NCBI RefSeq assembly: GCF_004010195.1
Contig: NC_057718.1
Location: 77,364,312 to 77,428,311 of the forward strand
Origin: Chiloscyllium plagiosum
Taxonomy: Eukaryota
Direction of reading: 5' to 3'
DNA length: 64,000 nt
The notes under the pieces were generated by a model that saw only the letters and a program-made list of their open reading frames with translations, was not told where the DNA came from and ran no database searches. This document shows, piece by piece, positions 24,401 to 38,985 of the stretch. Numbering within the stretch: the first letter of the stretch is position 1; each line of letters starts with the position of its first letter. A program made the translations under genes and the position numbers.

Positions 24401-25592
24401 GAATCCAAAAGGATTTTATAAATATATTAAGGTCAAAAGGGTAACTAGGAAGAGAACTGGACCCCTCAAAGATCAGCAAGGCAACCTTTGTGTGCAGCCA
24501 CAGGAGATAGGGTAGATACTAAATGGGTATTGGTATCAGTGTTTACTGTGGAGAAGGTGTTGGATATCTTAAAATGCATAAAAATGGATAAATCCCTAGG
24601 ACCTGATCAGCTGTACCCTAGAACTCTGTGGAAAGCTAGGAAAATGATTGCATGGCCTCTTGCTGAGATATTTGTATCATGTAAAATGATTTGGAATGAA
24701 CATAGGAGGGTTAGTTTGTCAGTTTGGAGATGACACTAAAATAGAAGGTGAAGTAGACAGTGACAAAGGTTACTTCAGAGTACAACAGGATCTTGATCAG
24801 ATGGGCCAATGGGACGACAAGTGGCAGATGGAGTTTAATTTAGATTCTGTGAGGTGCTGCATTTTGGAAATACAAATTAGAGCAGGACTTATATGCTTAA
24901 TGGTAAGATCCTGGGGAGTGATGCAGAACAAAGAGATCTTGGAGTACATGTTCATTATTCCTTGAAAGTGGAGTCTCAGGTAGATAGGATAGTGAGGAAA
25001 GTGTTTAGTGTGCTTTCCTTTATTAGTCAGAGCATTGAGTATAGGAGTTGGTAGGTCATGTAGCAGCTGTACAGGACATTGGAATATTGTGTACACTTCT
25101 GGTCTCCCTGCTCTAAGAAGGATGTTGTGAAACTTGAAAGGATTCAGAAATGATTTGCAAGATGTTGTCCAGGTTGGAGGTTGAATAGGCTGGGCTGATT
25201 TCCTTGAAGTGCAGAGGCTGTGGGGTGACCTTAGAGAGGCCTATAAAATCACGAGGGGGAAAGATAGGGTAAACAGACAAGGTCTTTTACCTGGGTTGGG
25301 AGAGTCCAGAATTAGAGGGCATAGGTTTAAGGTGAGAGGGGAAAGATATAAAAGGGATCGAAGGGGCAAATCTTTCATACAGAGGGTGATGCGAGTATGG
25401 AATGAGCTGCTAGAGGAAGTGGTGGAAGCTGGTACAATTACAACTTTTAAAAAGCATCTGGATGGGTATATAATTTGGATGGGTTTAGAGGGATATGGGC
25501 CAAGTACTAGCAAATGAGACTAGATTTCTGTTCGGCATGGATGAGTTGGACCAAAGGGCCTGTTTCTGTGCTGCACCTCTCTATGACTCTTT
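21440..25592 (+). mobile_element. CR1-clade LINE fragments (endonuclease to 3' end), interrupted by an LTR-like segment (about 21762-22550) and a PLE
   Basis: NPKGFYKYIK, DKSLGPDQLYPRTL, FGDDTKI, WQMEFN and RGHRFK motifs, plus a CTCTATGACTCT tail. Confidence 0.85.
22885..24166 (-). mobile_element. Penelope-like element (family A): RT plus GIY-YIG, with 5' inversion
   Basis: Minus-strand QTKGVAMSTCMGPSYACLF...FLRYIDDC and CSRCGLLYIGETGR. Segment 24030-24166 is inverted (plus-strand ELPTYVRD...TMDIQSLYTSI). Confidence 0.9.
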
Positions 25593-25859
25593 ATGTTTCA
25601 GTGTCCCACCAACTACTTCTTGTTTCACAGGACACATCCATTGTCCTGGTTCTGGTCAGTGAAGTATCCCAGGATGAAAATGACACCCGCAAGAATCTAA
25701 TGTATGTTCCAATTGATTTGGGTACACTCCACAAGTCGTTTTGGCAACTCTAATCGCAAAGTTCAAGAATGCATTTTTAAAAACATCTAACTAAAAGATT
25801 TTTTTTGTTGGTTGCAAATCAATTGCACAATAACTGAGTTATAGGCCTTTCCATTTATG

Positions 25860-26300
25860 AAGGTTGCAGGCTGGTACCAAGAAGCTCCAATTGCTTCATA
25901 CACGCAGTCAAGCCTACACCTGTGGGAAACCTGCATGGGCACTGGAGCCTATACTTATTTGGCTTCCTGGCTTCTGGGTATATTCTGAAGTTCAGTGAAG
26001 GCTGTGGCTATTTTAAAATAACACATTGATGATGACTCTGATGTGCCACTGTTTTGAGATGTCACACATGTTCCCTCTGGGTCCTTGAACGCAATACTTG
26101 TGAAGAAGCTGCACATCATCCTGAAGGAGAGGACTCAATTTATTAACTGCCTCTTTAGATGTACTGAACTGTCTTTGACATTGTCGCTCTGTCATCTGCA
26201 GATGCAGGACTACACTGAATTTTTTCATTGCTGTACTGATTCCTGGTTGCCTCCATCTTGACTAGCCTCAATATGTGGTGCCACTACTGTGTTTTGGATC
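25860..26300 (-). pseudogene. PIF/Harbinger (HARBI1-like) transposase fossil
   Basis: LQMTERQCQRQFSTSKEAVNKLSPLLQDD...QGPRGNMCDISK resembles the Harbinger transposase N-terminus. Heavily decayed. Confidence 0.45.
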
Positions 26301-27249
26301 TCTGGCAGCTGTTCTATCTGACCCAATGTTATCTTTCCTCAGTGATGCTCTACTATAGGCAAGACCTAATTCAGCACCAGTAAATGAATAGAGGATTGAA
26401 ATCTAAGATGAAGTGAGAATGAGGATCAGTTTGACTAATGGGGACATTTGAGGAAGAATGATACAGCCATGCACTGTTGAGCACGAGAAGCCAAATAGAA
26501 CTTAATAGAACTTAATTGAAACCCACCTTCTGGATAAATGAGCTGGATTTGAGCTTTAATTTTTTTTAACATGCTGTTGGTTATTTGGCAAGCTTCCCTA
26601 CTTAGTGTAAAGGACATGTGGATTTTGTTATTTTTGCGGTTTCTCTGCAAGATATCTTCTCTGTTATGAAATAAATGTTTTGTTATCCATCTGATTGTAT
26701 GCTTCAGACCATCCTACTCTCAAGCACCTACACATTAATGATCTGATCAACCATTAGGGAAAAAACAGTAATCAGTAAGACAGTGCACTTAACATTGTTG
26801 AGTGCATTAATGTAAGATAGCACTTAGGCTTTGGCACATGATTTCTGAGTATTGTGCAGTGAAGTCTACCTGATAGTTAGCAGGTTGAGAAGATCCTGAG
26901 ACATGTCCTTTTGACCCTTCCATTATCAATGAGACTTCAACTTTTCAGAGTGTGTATGGACTGCTAGACTGTCCTGAAATGATTGAGCAATTTGTGAGGC
27001 AGCATTGAATGTGCAAGGGTCAGCGCTTTGTCTAGATTTTCTTGGCAGGCCAATTTTTATTTATTCATTCATGAAATGAGCACATCAATGGCTAGGCAGC
27101 ATTATTGCCCATCCCTAATTGCTCAGAGGGCAGTTAATTGTTACCCAATTTGCTGTGGATCTGGAGTCACATGTCAGCCAGATCGGGTAAAGATTGCAGG
27201 TTCCTTCCGTAAAGGACTTAGGGAACTAGATGGGTTTTTCTGACAATCA

Positions 27250-27882
27250 TAGAACATAGAATATAGAACATAGAACATAGAAAAATACAGCGCAGTACAG
27301 GCCCTTTGGCCCTCGATGTTGCGCCGATCCAAGCCCACCTAACCTACACTAGTCCACTATCCTCCATATGCCTATCCAATGCCCATTTAAATGCCCATAA
27401 AGAGGGAGAGTCCACCACTGCTACTGGCAGGGCATTCCATGAACTCACGACTCACTGAGTAAAGAATCTACCCCTAACATCTGTCCTATACCTACCACCC
27501 CTTAATTTAAAGCTATGCCCCCTCGTAATAGCTGACTCCATACGTGGAAAAAGGTTCTCATGGTCAACCCTATCTAAACCCCTAATCATCTTGTACAACT
27601 CTATCAAGTCACCCCTAAACCTTCTTTTCTCCAATGAAAACAGCCCCAAGTGCCTCAGCCTTTCCTCATACGATCTTCCTACCATACCAGGCAACATCCT
27701 GGTAAACCTCCTCTGCACCCGTTCCAGTGCCTCCACATCCTTCCTATAGTATGGTGACCAAAATTGCACACAATACTCCAGATGCGGCCGCACCAGAATC
27801 TTATACAACTGCAACATGACCTCAGGGCTCCGGAACTCAATTCCTCTACCAATAAAAGCCAGTACGCCATATGCCTTCTTCA
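27250..27882 (-). mobile_element. CR1 LINE 3' end
   Basis: LYKILVRPHLEYCVQFWSP...LERVQRRFTRM...RGDLIE. (ATAGAAC)n tail at 27250-27281. Confidence 0.92.
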
Positions 27883-28810
27883 ACAACAGATTCGTGGTTA
27901 TCGTGCTATGAGGAGAGTGACATGTAAACTGTTCATTGTATAGTGTGCTGACCTGTAAGCTGATGAATAGAATGAACCTTTCCCTTCAGAGATATGTGAA
28001 ACCATCACTCCTTTTGGAGTCTCACTCACAAGATGGGTGTAAATGTTGAAGGTATGTGCAGGCCAGGTCCCATCTCAGCACCTACAGATAGTAAATATCG
28101 TCAACCTGATCCACTTTAAAGTACAAAGCTTTGACTGCCATTATCAATGTCACACTTCAAAAATTCCTGATACCTGAAGGTTTCTACAGTCACGAAGTTG
28201 GTTACTTGTGAGAGATAAGTAATGGCTTGGTCATTACAACTTCTTTTATCGTTGGAGTTTCTAAAGAATCTGCTCATATGGATGTAACATGTCCAATAGC
28301 GACATAGATACTGCAGCAGACATTTCATGAGTGCAAGTGCATACATATTTCAAAAAGTGCAAGTTTGCATTACACTTACTTACCTCATAAACTCTTTTTC
28401 TTCCTGTCTCTCCAGTTTCTCTCAGTGCAGTCCTAGCATTTGCAGCTGATGTAGACGGATTGTTCTCTATAGTTGGCTCTGTTGGCTTCAAAGACTTGAA
28501 CAATCATCCCTGGGTGCATTTGGGCACAGAAAGCCTTGCCCAAATGCAGTCTCACCCTTGTTGGCCTGGAGCTTCTGTAGGCTTTGGCATCAGAGCCATG
28601 GGCTGTTGGAGTGCCCAAGCACGTGGACTGATCAGATGAGAAGCTTCTGGTGATCATGCACATAGTCGCTCCTCCCTGTGGGTGCCTGCAGGTACCACAC
28701 TCTCTTTCTGAGAGGCGGGGCACCTAGAGTAACATCAAAGTCCCTCAATATCTCTCTCACCTTGATATTGCTGTTATACACCTATGGATACAGCAATAGA
28801 ATGCAAATCT

Positions 28811-28813
28811 ATC

Positions 28814-28852
<39 letters not shown>
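28811..28852. repeat. (AT)n microsatellite
   Basis: Read directly from the sequence. Confidence 0.95.
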
Positions 28853-28857
<5 letters not shown>

Positions 28858-29479
28858 GCAGGCATTGAGTGTGCTTGACATGGCTTTTCCCATGATTGTT
28901 CCCATGATTGCCAACTACTCCAAGAAGATAGCCATGCACATGCATACCAAAGTGAGCAGCACAGTACTGAAAAATTAGTGGACTCCACTATCCTTCATTT
29001 GAGTTTACTGACTACCTCTGACAAACCTGCCTTCTATTCCTGTGCTTGAGTATGCATTTTGCCAAAGTCATTAATGGTCAAGACCGTGGGATTGTCTCCT
29101 GCCTGAGATTGAATAGGTGGTAGATCTCTGATAATCCTCTGATTTTCAGAGACTTGGACAGTTTTTACCTTGGCCAGTTTGAGACATACTAATGATGTGC
29201 TCACCAGATTGTGCTCTCACTCTAACTTAGAAAGAGTACCCATTAAGGGGAAAATCTCTGAGCTGGTGGAGCGTGCAGGTGAAACCTTTGCCCGTCCATC
29301 CTTTGAGAGTTCAGTGGCTTCCTCCTCAGAAGTGCAGGTGGAGCTGAGAGTCTCCTGCACTGGACACTTTGGTCAGAGGTTTGCTGAATGCCACTTGTAC
29401 CTGCATAAGATAAGCAAGAGAATTTGTTGACATGTACAGACAATACGTGCTTAACGGTACAACTTTGTGGCGAGTTACA

Positions 29480-30165
29480 GGATGAGAGGGACATTGGGTT
29501 TCAGATGAGTAATTTTCTGAAGATGGCCAGGCAAGTTGGAACAGTTGTTAGTAACAGCTTATAAATTGAAGCTTTGAGTACAAAAGTAAGGAAGTGATGC
29601 TACACTGCTACAAATCATTGGTTAGAACATATTTAGAGTATTGTGTTCAATTCTGGACAATTTATTTAAGGAAGGATTCTCAAGCACTGGAGAGAGTTCA
29701 AAGGAGATTTAGTAGAATGATCCCAAGAAGGAGGGATTTTAGATAGAAGGGAAGATTAGAGAAATTGGGCTTATGCTCCTTGGAACAAAGACGATTAAGA
29801 GCTGATCTTGCTATGATGCTTAAAATTGTGAATAATTTTGACAGGCTAAAGGATATTCTGTTTCCACAAGTTGACCTCAGTAACTAGGAGTTGTAATCTC
29901 AAGATTGTGAGCAAGAGTGAGATGAGGAGAAACTCCTTCATTCAGAGAGTTGTTAAGATTTGGAATGCACTGCCTGGGAGAGTAGTGGAGGTGGATTCTG
30001 TACGAAGTTTCAAAAGAGAACTTGATGTATATTTGAAAGTGATAAATTTAGAGGGCTACAAAAATAGGGGTGGAGAATGGCACTAGTTGGATAGCTGTTT
30101 TGAAAGCAGGTACAAACACGATGTGTTGAATGGCCTCCTGGACTGTAAAATTCTAAGATTCTAAG
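29480..30165 (+). mobile_element. Old CR1 LINE 3' fragment
   Basis: Degenerate LVRTYLEYCVQFW and RRNSFIQRVVKIWNALP motifs. Confidence 0.75.
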
Positions 30166-30689
30166 AGGGATAAAAATTTGTGTAAGTTAATCAATAATGA
30201 GTTGGCATTGATGTAATAGCAGAGTACAGCACAACACAATGGAGCTTCATGGGTCAGTTGTCCATTGATGTCTCCCTATTGCAACAAAAGGGGTCATGCT
30301 GTACGCATCCAACTCAAGAATTTCCATTGGTCACAAGGAATCATGTCTGCTGTTGGCCCATTTGGCCATGGTTTGGGACAATCTTTCTGCAATGAGGCAA
30401 AGTAGGAGGGATTGAGTACGATGGGTGTGGATGGAAGAACTGACAGTGATGATGCATAAGCAGGAGAATTAGCAGGATATCCCCAACAGGTGAGTAGGAA
30501 GCACATAGGTGAAGAAGGGTGGTACTGTTGGAGGATGAAGTAGGTGAGTGCCAGATGAGTTGGCATAATGCATGCAATAGTCCTAGTTGTGGTCCATGAG
30601 CTTTGGAGAGAGGCACATGCAGTGGTAAAGTTAGAGTGACCAGTGTCACTGTAAGTGTGAGGTAGTTGGGACAAGGTAATGGCAATCAC

Positions 30690-30890
30690 CTTATGGTGCA
30701 CAGAAGATCATTCACTTCTTGCAGTGTTGTGCATTGTTTTACCTGGGATAGAGCTTTGACCTGGGCCACAATAAAGGTCCAGGCTGAGTTGGTGTAGTAG
30801 CATGGCTCATTTGGTGAGAAACAGCACTAACTTACTCTTCACTACCTTATTCACCAGCACCTGCAAGTTTTTGATGGCTGAGTGGGGTGC
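30690..30890 (-). pseudogene. Myb/SANT-like (Harbinger partner protein) fossil exon
   Basis: LQVLVNKVVKSKLVLF...AWTFIVAQV...HCKK.NDLL pattern. Confidence 0.45.
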
Positions 30891-31630
30891 CTGCTTCCCT
30901 TTTTATTTGTTCATGGGATGTAGGTTTTGCTGGTTAGATCAGCATTGATTTCCAATTCCTAGCTGCCCTCAGAACAGGGTGCTGAGCTGCTTTTGTGAAC
31001 TGCTGCAGTCCTTGGAGTGTCGGGATGCAATGATAGTGTTATGGAGTTCCAGGAGTTTTTATAACCTTCCAGAATGTTGGTAGTGGAGGATTTGTAAGGT
31101 AAAATCATTGTAATATCAATGAATGGTAATTAAGAAACAGTGATACACTGTCAAGCAAGGATGGTATGTGCCTTGGAGGGGATCTTCATCATGATGATGT
31201 TCCCATCTATCTGCTGCCTTTGTTCTTCTCAACATAGAAAATAGGAACAGAAGTAGGCCATTCAGTCCTTCAATCATGCTCCACTATTCAATATGATCAT
31301 GGCTGAACATCCAATTCAATACCCTGTTCTCATTTTTGCCCCATACCAGTGATCCCTTTAGCCCTTAGAATTATACCTATCTCTTTTTGAAAACATTCAA
31401 TGTTTTGGTCTCAACTGCATTCAGTGGGAGCGAATTCTGCAAGCTCAGCAATTTCTGCGGGATGAATTTTTTTCCTCATCTCTGTCCTAAATAGTCTACC
31501 CATATCTTGAGATGGAGGCCACTTGTTTGGAAGTTGGAGCTTTGAAATGAATTTTGGTAAATTACTACATTACATTTCTTTAGATTGTACACAATGCCAC
31601 TACTGTGCAACAATGGTGAAGATAATGAAT

Positions 31631-32030
31631 CGAAAATGTGTTGCTGGAAAAGCGCAGCAGGTCAGGCAGCATCCAAGGAGCAGGAGAATCGACGTTTCAG
31701 GCATGGGCCCTTCTTCAGGAATTAGGAGAGTGTGCCAAGCAGGCTAAGATAAAAGGTAGGGAGGAGGGACTTGGGGGAGATGCGTTGGAAGTGCAATAGG
31801 TGGAAAGAGGTTAAGGTGAGGGTGATAGGCCAGAGTGGGGGTGGGGGCGGAGAGGTCAGGAAGAAGATTGCAGGTTAGGAAGATGGTGCTGAGTTCGTGG
31901 GTTGGGACTGAGACAAGGTGGGGGGAGGGGAAATGAGGAAACTGGAGAAATCTGAGTTACTCCCTTGTGGTTGGAGGGTTCCTAGGCGGAAGATGAGGCG
32001 CTCTTCCTCCAGCCATCGTGTTGCTATGGA
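31631..32030 (-). mobile_element. PLE family A 3' end with pLTR
   Basis: Same pLTR sequence as 4390-4580, with a hammerhead core at about 31691-31718. Confidence 0.85.
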
Positions 32031-35000
32031 CTATGTTCAGACACCGCACGGACTCCGGACTACGTTCAGACACACAAGGTTCTGAGGAAGGGTCACTGAA
32101 CTCAAAACATTAACTTTGATTTCTCTGCACTGATGCTACCAGACCTGCTGAGCTTTTCCAGCAACCTCTGATTTTGTAACCTTCCAGAATGTTGATAGTG
32201 GAGGATTTGTAAGGTAAAATCATTGTAATATCAAAGAACCATGGTTAGACTCTCTCTTGTTAAAGTTGGACATCTGTGATGCAGGGAATGTCAGGAGGAG
32301 GCCAAGATGGACCCTCAAAACGTTTGGCTGAAATTGGATGCAACTACTTCAGCCTTGTCTTGTACACTGAATTCCCCCATTGATGAGGATGAAAGTATTT
32401 ATGGAGCGTACACTTCTTGTTAGTTGTTTAATTGTCCACCATCATTTACAACTGAATGAATAATTGAATGGCAGAGCAAGCCCAAGAAGCTCATTGTCCT
32501 ACTCCTGCTCTAATTTGTATATGTATGTCGGTTTGATTTATTGGTTTTTAAATCACATAGCCCTGTCTATTGCACGCTGTTTCTGTTTTTTGCAAGTAAA
32601 TAGTCTACTGTTATAGCTTCACCAGAACAAAATAAAGAACAGTAGAAATTGATACCTCAATTTTTTAGATACGCTTGGTGCTGTTCTCCATACTCTTCAT
32701 TGAATGAGTTGGTGCCCTAGCTTGATGGTGATGGGGATATGCCAGGCCATAAGATTAAATATTGTGGCTAAATACAATTTTACTGCTACTAATTATCCAC
32801 ATCGTTTCATGGATGCCAAGTTGTGTTGCTCCATCTGTGTTGAAGTTTCTCCTATTTATTATGACCACATAATACCATGAATGATATCCTCAGTGTGAAA
32901 CCAGCACTTCTTCTCAAAAAGGACTTTGTAGTGGTCACTTTCATGATACTGTCATGGACTATATGTCTACAACAGGTAGATTGGTGTCAGATAGGTTTTT
33001 GTCACTTGTTGGTTCCCTCACTTGTCTGCTGTGGACTGGGCCTGTTCAGTTAGTAGTAGTACCACCAAGCCACCCTTGGTAAGGGACATTGAAATCCTCC
33101 ACCCGGAGTAGATTCTGTGCCGTGGTCACCCACAGTGGTCCCTCCAAGCAGCATTGTTTAATATGGAGTAGTATTTATCATCAGGTTGACTGGGCTGGGG
33201 AAGTTGGGGGTGGGGGGGGGGGGGCTGGCGGTGGAGTGTGTGTGTGTGTAGTAAGTAGAAATCTGCAAGACGTTACCTAGTCCATGTCAGTCCTAATTAC
33301 ATGGGGTCTGAGGTCAATATTAAGGACTCCCAGGGTGATCCCTTCACAAATGTATTCCACTGTTCTGCCACCTCCAGTGGGAGGACCTCAATGGGATGGT
33401 GATTAGTGGTGTCTGCAACATTGTCTGTAGGGTATTATTCTATCAGTATGACAATGTCAGCTGTTGCTGTGAAATAGCTCTCCCAAATTTGCTACAGGCC
33501 CTCAAATGTTGGTCAGGAAGACTTTGCAGGTGACAGGTCTGAGTTTGCCATTGTCGCTTCTGGTCCTAAGTTGATGCCAAATGGTCTATTTGGTTTAATC
33601 CCTTTTTCTTAAGCTTTGTTGTAGTTTGATAAAACTAAATGACTTGCGAGGACATTATTGCAGGCAGTCAAGAAGCAACCACATTCCTCTGTGTCTGGCT
33701 TTGCATTAGGTTCTATGGCCACGAGCAGCTGTGGAATGTTATTCGATCACAATGTGTAACCTCATGGCTATCTCAGGTAATGTTGGCAGATTTGCTTCTT
33801 TGAAAGGGTTTAGTGAATTAGATGGATTTTTAAGATAATTAACATTGATTACATTGGAGCCATTAGGCTAGTTTGTTTTTAAATCCCAGACTTGGTTGAA
33901 TTCAAATTTCACTACTCAAACCTATGTCCTAAGAATATTAGCCAGGAATTCTGCATAACGGCACACTGCCGTAACATTTGTGATGATGGTTAAGCATCAT
34001 AGTGTGAAGGGTAATTCCTGGGTTTCACCTTCTGAAATAGTGTGTAGTTAGGCTTCAAATATGATGGCAGTAGTGTAATCTCCAAAAGGTCCTGAATCCC
34101 TGAGCTGGCAGTTGCATAACTAATAAGGTGAAGAGTGGAAGATGATTCCTCAGGTTGAGGAGTCTAGAACTAGAGGGAACAATTTAAAAATAATGGAAAC
34201 TGAGTTCAAAGATAGTTGTGATCATTTGGAATTCTCTATCACACAGGGCTGTGGAAACCTGGTCTTTGAGAATGTGTAAGAAAGAGATTGATAGATCCTT
34301 TGATTACCAGTGACCTACAGGGTTACTGGAATTGAGTAGGTAAAAGCATGTGCCGTGATGGTATTGAACAGTAGGGCACATTGGATGGGCTGAATGGCCA
34401 ACTGTTGTTCCTATTGTATGCCCCATGTTTGACCACGCACCAGGATCTCACTCATGAAGCACTTTAACTAAAAATGAGAAAATTCAGCCCCGTGTACTTG
34501 TCCAATAGCAAACCTATCATAAGCATCACTATTTTTAAATATAAACAATTTTGTAAGAAAGGCAAAAGTTTGTTTAATTTACTTTAAAACATCAGAAATA
34601 TACATACCAGATAAAAAATCACCAAAATATTTAATTAAGTTGAAACAAACCTGAAATAAAGGTGAACTTAGATAAGTACAACTGTTTTCACAACCATAGG
34701 ACATCCCAAAATACTTTACAGTCAATGAAGCTCTATTTTGAAATGTAATCATCGAGTAGAGCAAACAATTTGTGCATTGCTGTAAAGTAATAATGACCAG
34801 ATAATGTTTTGATGATGTTGTTGAGAGATAAATATTGACCAGAATTTCAAGAATCATTGCTCTGCCCTTTCTCTGAAGTAATGCAATGTGAGCTTAGTAT
34901 TACCTGAGAGGTTAAACAGAGACTGTGGTTTAACATCCCACCTGAAATCGGGTGCCTCCCACAGTCAGAATGGATTTATGCCTGAAGTCTCTGACATGGA

Positions 35001-37027
35001 TCTAGAACCTACAAACTTCTTACTCCAAGGTTAATATGCAATGAACTATGCCACAAGTATAGCATTGTGATGTCCATGGGTTTAGAGCTATTGGTCCTTC
35101 CCAAAAGTAAATAAATCACTGTATATTAACTTATCCAATATGAGTCATATTGGGGCTAGAGTATTTGTAATCACATTAGGGCTAGAATATTTGAAATCAC
35201 CAAACTTGTCCAAGTGTAAGGAATTTTATCATTAGGCTCATCAACATCAATTTATAACTCATTACTACAATTAGGAATGACAGATGTTCAGTCACCATAA
35301 TGTATTTTTATAAACAGCAAGTTATTTCCCAACCCCCACCTCTTTCCCTATCTGTCCCTCATTTTTGGTGTTACTGTATTGCTCTTAATAGATTTTGCAG
35401 GTAAATTAATCAACTGGAACACAGGTGATTTGTTGGTAGTATTTGGGCGATTAGGTGGTGGGGAAAGAAGATGTTTGGTTGTATGAAATAATACTTCCAG
35501 ATAGAACAGAAATAGATAGAAAGTCTCTCTTTATCTTTCCCAAATATATCCTTTGCAGCTCAGGTTATGAAGCAGTTAAGAAGTTGAAGATGACACCTTT
35601 TTGGCATTTTCACTTTTTATTTGACCTTTCTATGTTTTAGCAATAGAACTCCTCTGTGTCCTGTAATCATCTAAATTGCACTGATTATGCACACATGTAT
35701 AACTGCTTAAAGTATCACAGCATAATTAACTAAATTTGACAAACTTCAGAGAGTAAAATTTATTCAACTAAATGCACAATATATGTTTTAGAACATTTCA
35801 TTTATTATTAAGAACACTGGTGCTTGTGATAGTTGGTTATGCCCTTGTCGGTATAAACTTCGTACATAATGATAAAACACTGGAATTCAACCATAGAAAC
35901 ATTCCTCCTGTAGCTCTGAAATTGATCCAAACCTATTGTTTCAACACTTTTTCATAACCTCTGCACCTGTTATTTAAGCAAGGGTTTCACTTTTACATAA
36001 ATTTCAATCCAGATAGAATTGTGCAACTCACAGTGTATCTTACTTCCCCAAATTCTCAATGAACTCAGGTCTTAAATTTAAAATATTTGTCCTTACTCTC
36101 AAATCTGTACTTGGAATTGCCTTTTCCTACCTCTGCAATCTTCTTCAAACCTGTGTGCTGTGTACTCTCCAATCTATATTCCATCATAGAAATTTCAGCC
36201 ATTTTGCTGTCATACGTAGAACCTACTTTTAGTTTTGCTATTATTTTTCCAATCTCAAAGCTTTCTGTAAAAAAAAAACTACCTTTTCAGTTTTGATTTT
36301 TTTAGTAATCTTTTCCTTTCTCCAGCTATTAAGCAATGCACAAATTAACACGAGTGAAAAGATATGAAACATACACTTGAAGATTCTAAGTTGGCCTTTA
36401 ATCAAATAAATTATCAAATTTACTATCTCACTCTTAGGACAAACTTTTGTTTTGGCCTCCAGCATAAGGGCATGTTTATGATATGGAAGGAAATAATATT
36501 ACCATTTAAACAAGATGAATTGGAGAAATTTATTTCAGGTTACAAGCATTGCCATCACCATGAGTATGATAATAGGGTCTTCTAGTCTAACTTTCAAGGT
36601 AAAAGTACTAACATACCACAGGATATTCAACAAGCTGTGTTTATGGATTAAAAGTACTAGTTATTATTTAAAGATCCAGCATGGGCTGTTGCAGTACAAG
36701 TTGTTGCAAAATCGTTTTTGACTTGGAGATTTGGCATTTTCCTCACCACGTTTACCTGTGTTACTGGACTAGGTAAGAGTTTCAAAAACAACTTAAATAT
36801 CCTATGAACTCAAACCTATATTTTATGCCAATTCATGGATCTACCAATGTTACATTATCTAATTCAGCTTGACTATTATAGAAGACAGTCTTGGCCATTA
36901 TAAATTTAATACAATACTTAGAAAATTATTTTGAAGTAAATTATGTAATGCAATATTTTAAAGTGTATAGTTAATCTTTAGAAGAATGTAGATGCTGCTC
37001 ATATAACTTTGTCCCAGAGGATGTCTT

Positions 37028-37380
37028 TTAGGTTTCAGCATCATTTTCATCAACAGATTTTACATCAGTGGTTTCTGTTTCTTCTTTCGCTTCTTCTTCC
37101 AGTTCATCTGGCTTCTGTTTTTTTGTTTTTAGGTGCTCACCACGTAAAATTTGTGAAACTGTGTGAGGATTTTCACTGCCATGCTGAACAAATTCAATAT
37201 ATTCGACAATTCCATACAGTATCATGCCCAATAACAGGACTATCACCAAGATAATGAGCTTGACTTTTATACATAAGAAGTTTGCATAAGCAAATGCTGT
37301 AACAAATCCCACAGATTCCCACAGTCGGTAGTTAGCAAATGCTGCTTCTTTGTGGCTCAGAAATAGAACTCCATAAAGGG
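37028..37380 (-). CDS. UNC93A: Protein unc-93 homolog A (MFS-type membrane protein), last coding exon
   Basis: Acceptor ttttcttttctcaAG, then ALYGVLFLSHKEAAFANYRLWESVGFVTAFAY...ENDAET*. The phase matches the upstream exon. Confidence 0.95.
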
Positions 37381-38689
37381 CTTGAGAAAAGAAAACAATT
37401 GTTAAGTAAAAATATCTGTCTACATCCTGTGGAATTATTTTAAATTCATTTTAAAATTCAAAAGCTGCAAGGAAAATGTCAACGTTCTACATTTCCAGAA
37501 CAATTGTTTTGGGTAAAAATAAGCAATGTACCAGGATGAGAGAATAAGAATAACAAATATTATTGACCAGCTGGCATCAGGAATATTAGAAAATTTCAAA
37601 ACTAAAGACACTGTATCTGAATGCATGAGACATTTACAATATATTAGATGAATTAGCTCTCTGAGGCTCTAGGGTGAACAGACAGTGGTCATGTTGCGTA
37701 TCGAACAACATAGGCAGAAAGAAAGATATGATCTTGCAGGCAGAGTTTAGGAAGCTAGGAAGGAAATCAACAAACAAGACCTCAATGATAGTAAAACCCA
37801 GATGAATGTCACCTAAGTAAAACCAAGACCAATGACGATTCAGGACAAATTGCTACTGCCATTGGGGAGGGTTTGAACCAACTTGGAGGAGCCAGTAGTG
37901 ATATCACTTAAGAAAACTAAGGTGAACAGAGAATTGGGAGATAAAAATAACATTAAAGTAGAAAATAGTAAGTTTCTAGGAGGCTGAGATAGAACCTTTG
38001 TAAAAAAAAATGTAAGGAATCAGGTGTCAGAGTGTAAGGGAAAGTAATAAAAATTAGGCTTACTATGTATGGATGTGAGTGCACAGTCTAATAAATAAAA
38101 TGGGTGAGCAACAGGATCAGATAACCATATGGACATTTTATTTGGCAACAACAGAAAACTTGTTCGAAGAAGTGCAGTTCTGAGGACTATAAGTTCTGAA
38201 TACAAAATGCCAGATTTTCACTGAGGAACAGGAAGCTTGAGTTGGAAAAAGGTTCCAACTTGGCAGACCCATTTCCTGTCAAACTACTCACATCCACAAT
38301 ATTTTTGTGCTGAGGAGACAGGTGAATGATAACGTACTGCAGGCTGAAGGTGGTAAAGGAGGCAGGTAGATAGTAAGCCTGATGGCTGTAATGCCTGCCC
38401 CTGTTTACAGGAATATTGGCCTGGTTTTAATGATAAATATTAGACTCTCAAATCTTCAACATCTTCCCTGCTTCACCCATCCAATCCACAGATGTCCATT
38501 AGATACATAATCAATGAGCCATTGGCAAGACTGACTCTCAAATAATATTTAAATTGACACAATAAGCAGAGACTTTGAAACATTTGTTTTTAAAAAATGG
38601 ATCAAATTAAGAACCTTCAAAATTCTTGATCAACTATAGTCATTTAGGATATTAATGTCAGAAAAAAATTCACTTCTGACTTCATTGAA

Positions 38690-38985
38690 TCTCAATATTG
38701 TAGAAGTAGGAGATTTGACCCTCCGAAGAGCATTCCACCCAGATATCTACCCTATCCATGTAGCACTGCATTTTCCCCTGGCTAATCCATCGAACCTTTA
38801 CATCCCTGGACACCATGGCTAATCCACCTAACCTGCACATCTTTGGACTGTGGGAAGACACCAGAACACCTAGAAGAAACCCACACAATGAGGGGGAAAT
38901 GTGCATACACCACACAGACAGTCATCTGAGGTAGGAATCAAACCCTGATCCCTGGCACTGAGAGGCAGCAGTGCTAACCACTGTG
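38690..38985 (-). mobile_element. HE1/V-SINE-like SINE (diverged)
   Basis: Homologous to 19876-20181. Confidence 0.75.

Noticed and set aside
35750..36540. UNC93A polyadenylation signal candidates (minus-strand AATAAA near 36530, 35801, 35760)
   Set aside because: Several candidates lie in AT-rich DNA and cannot be ranked without transcript data.
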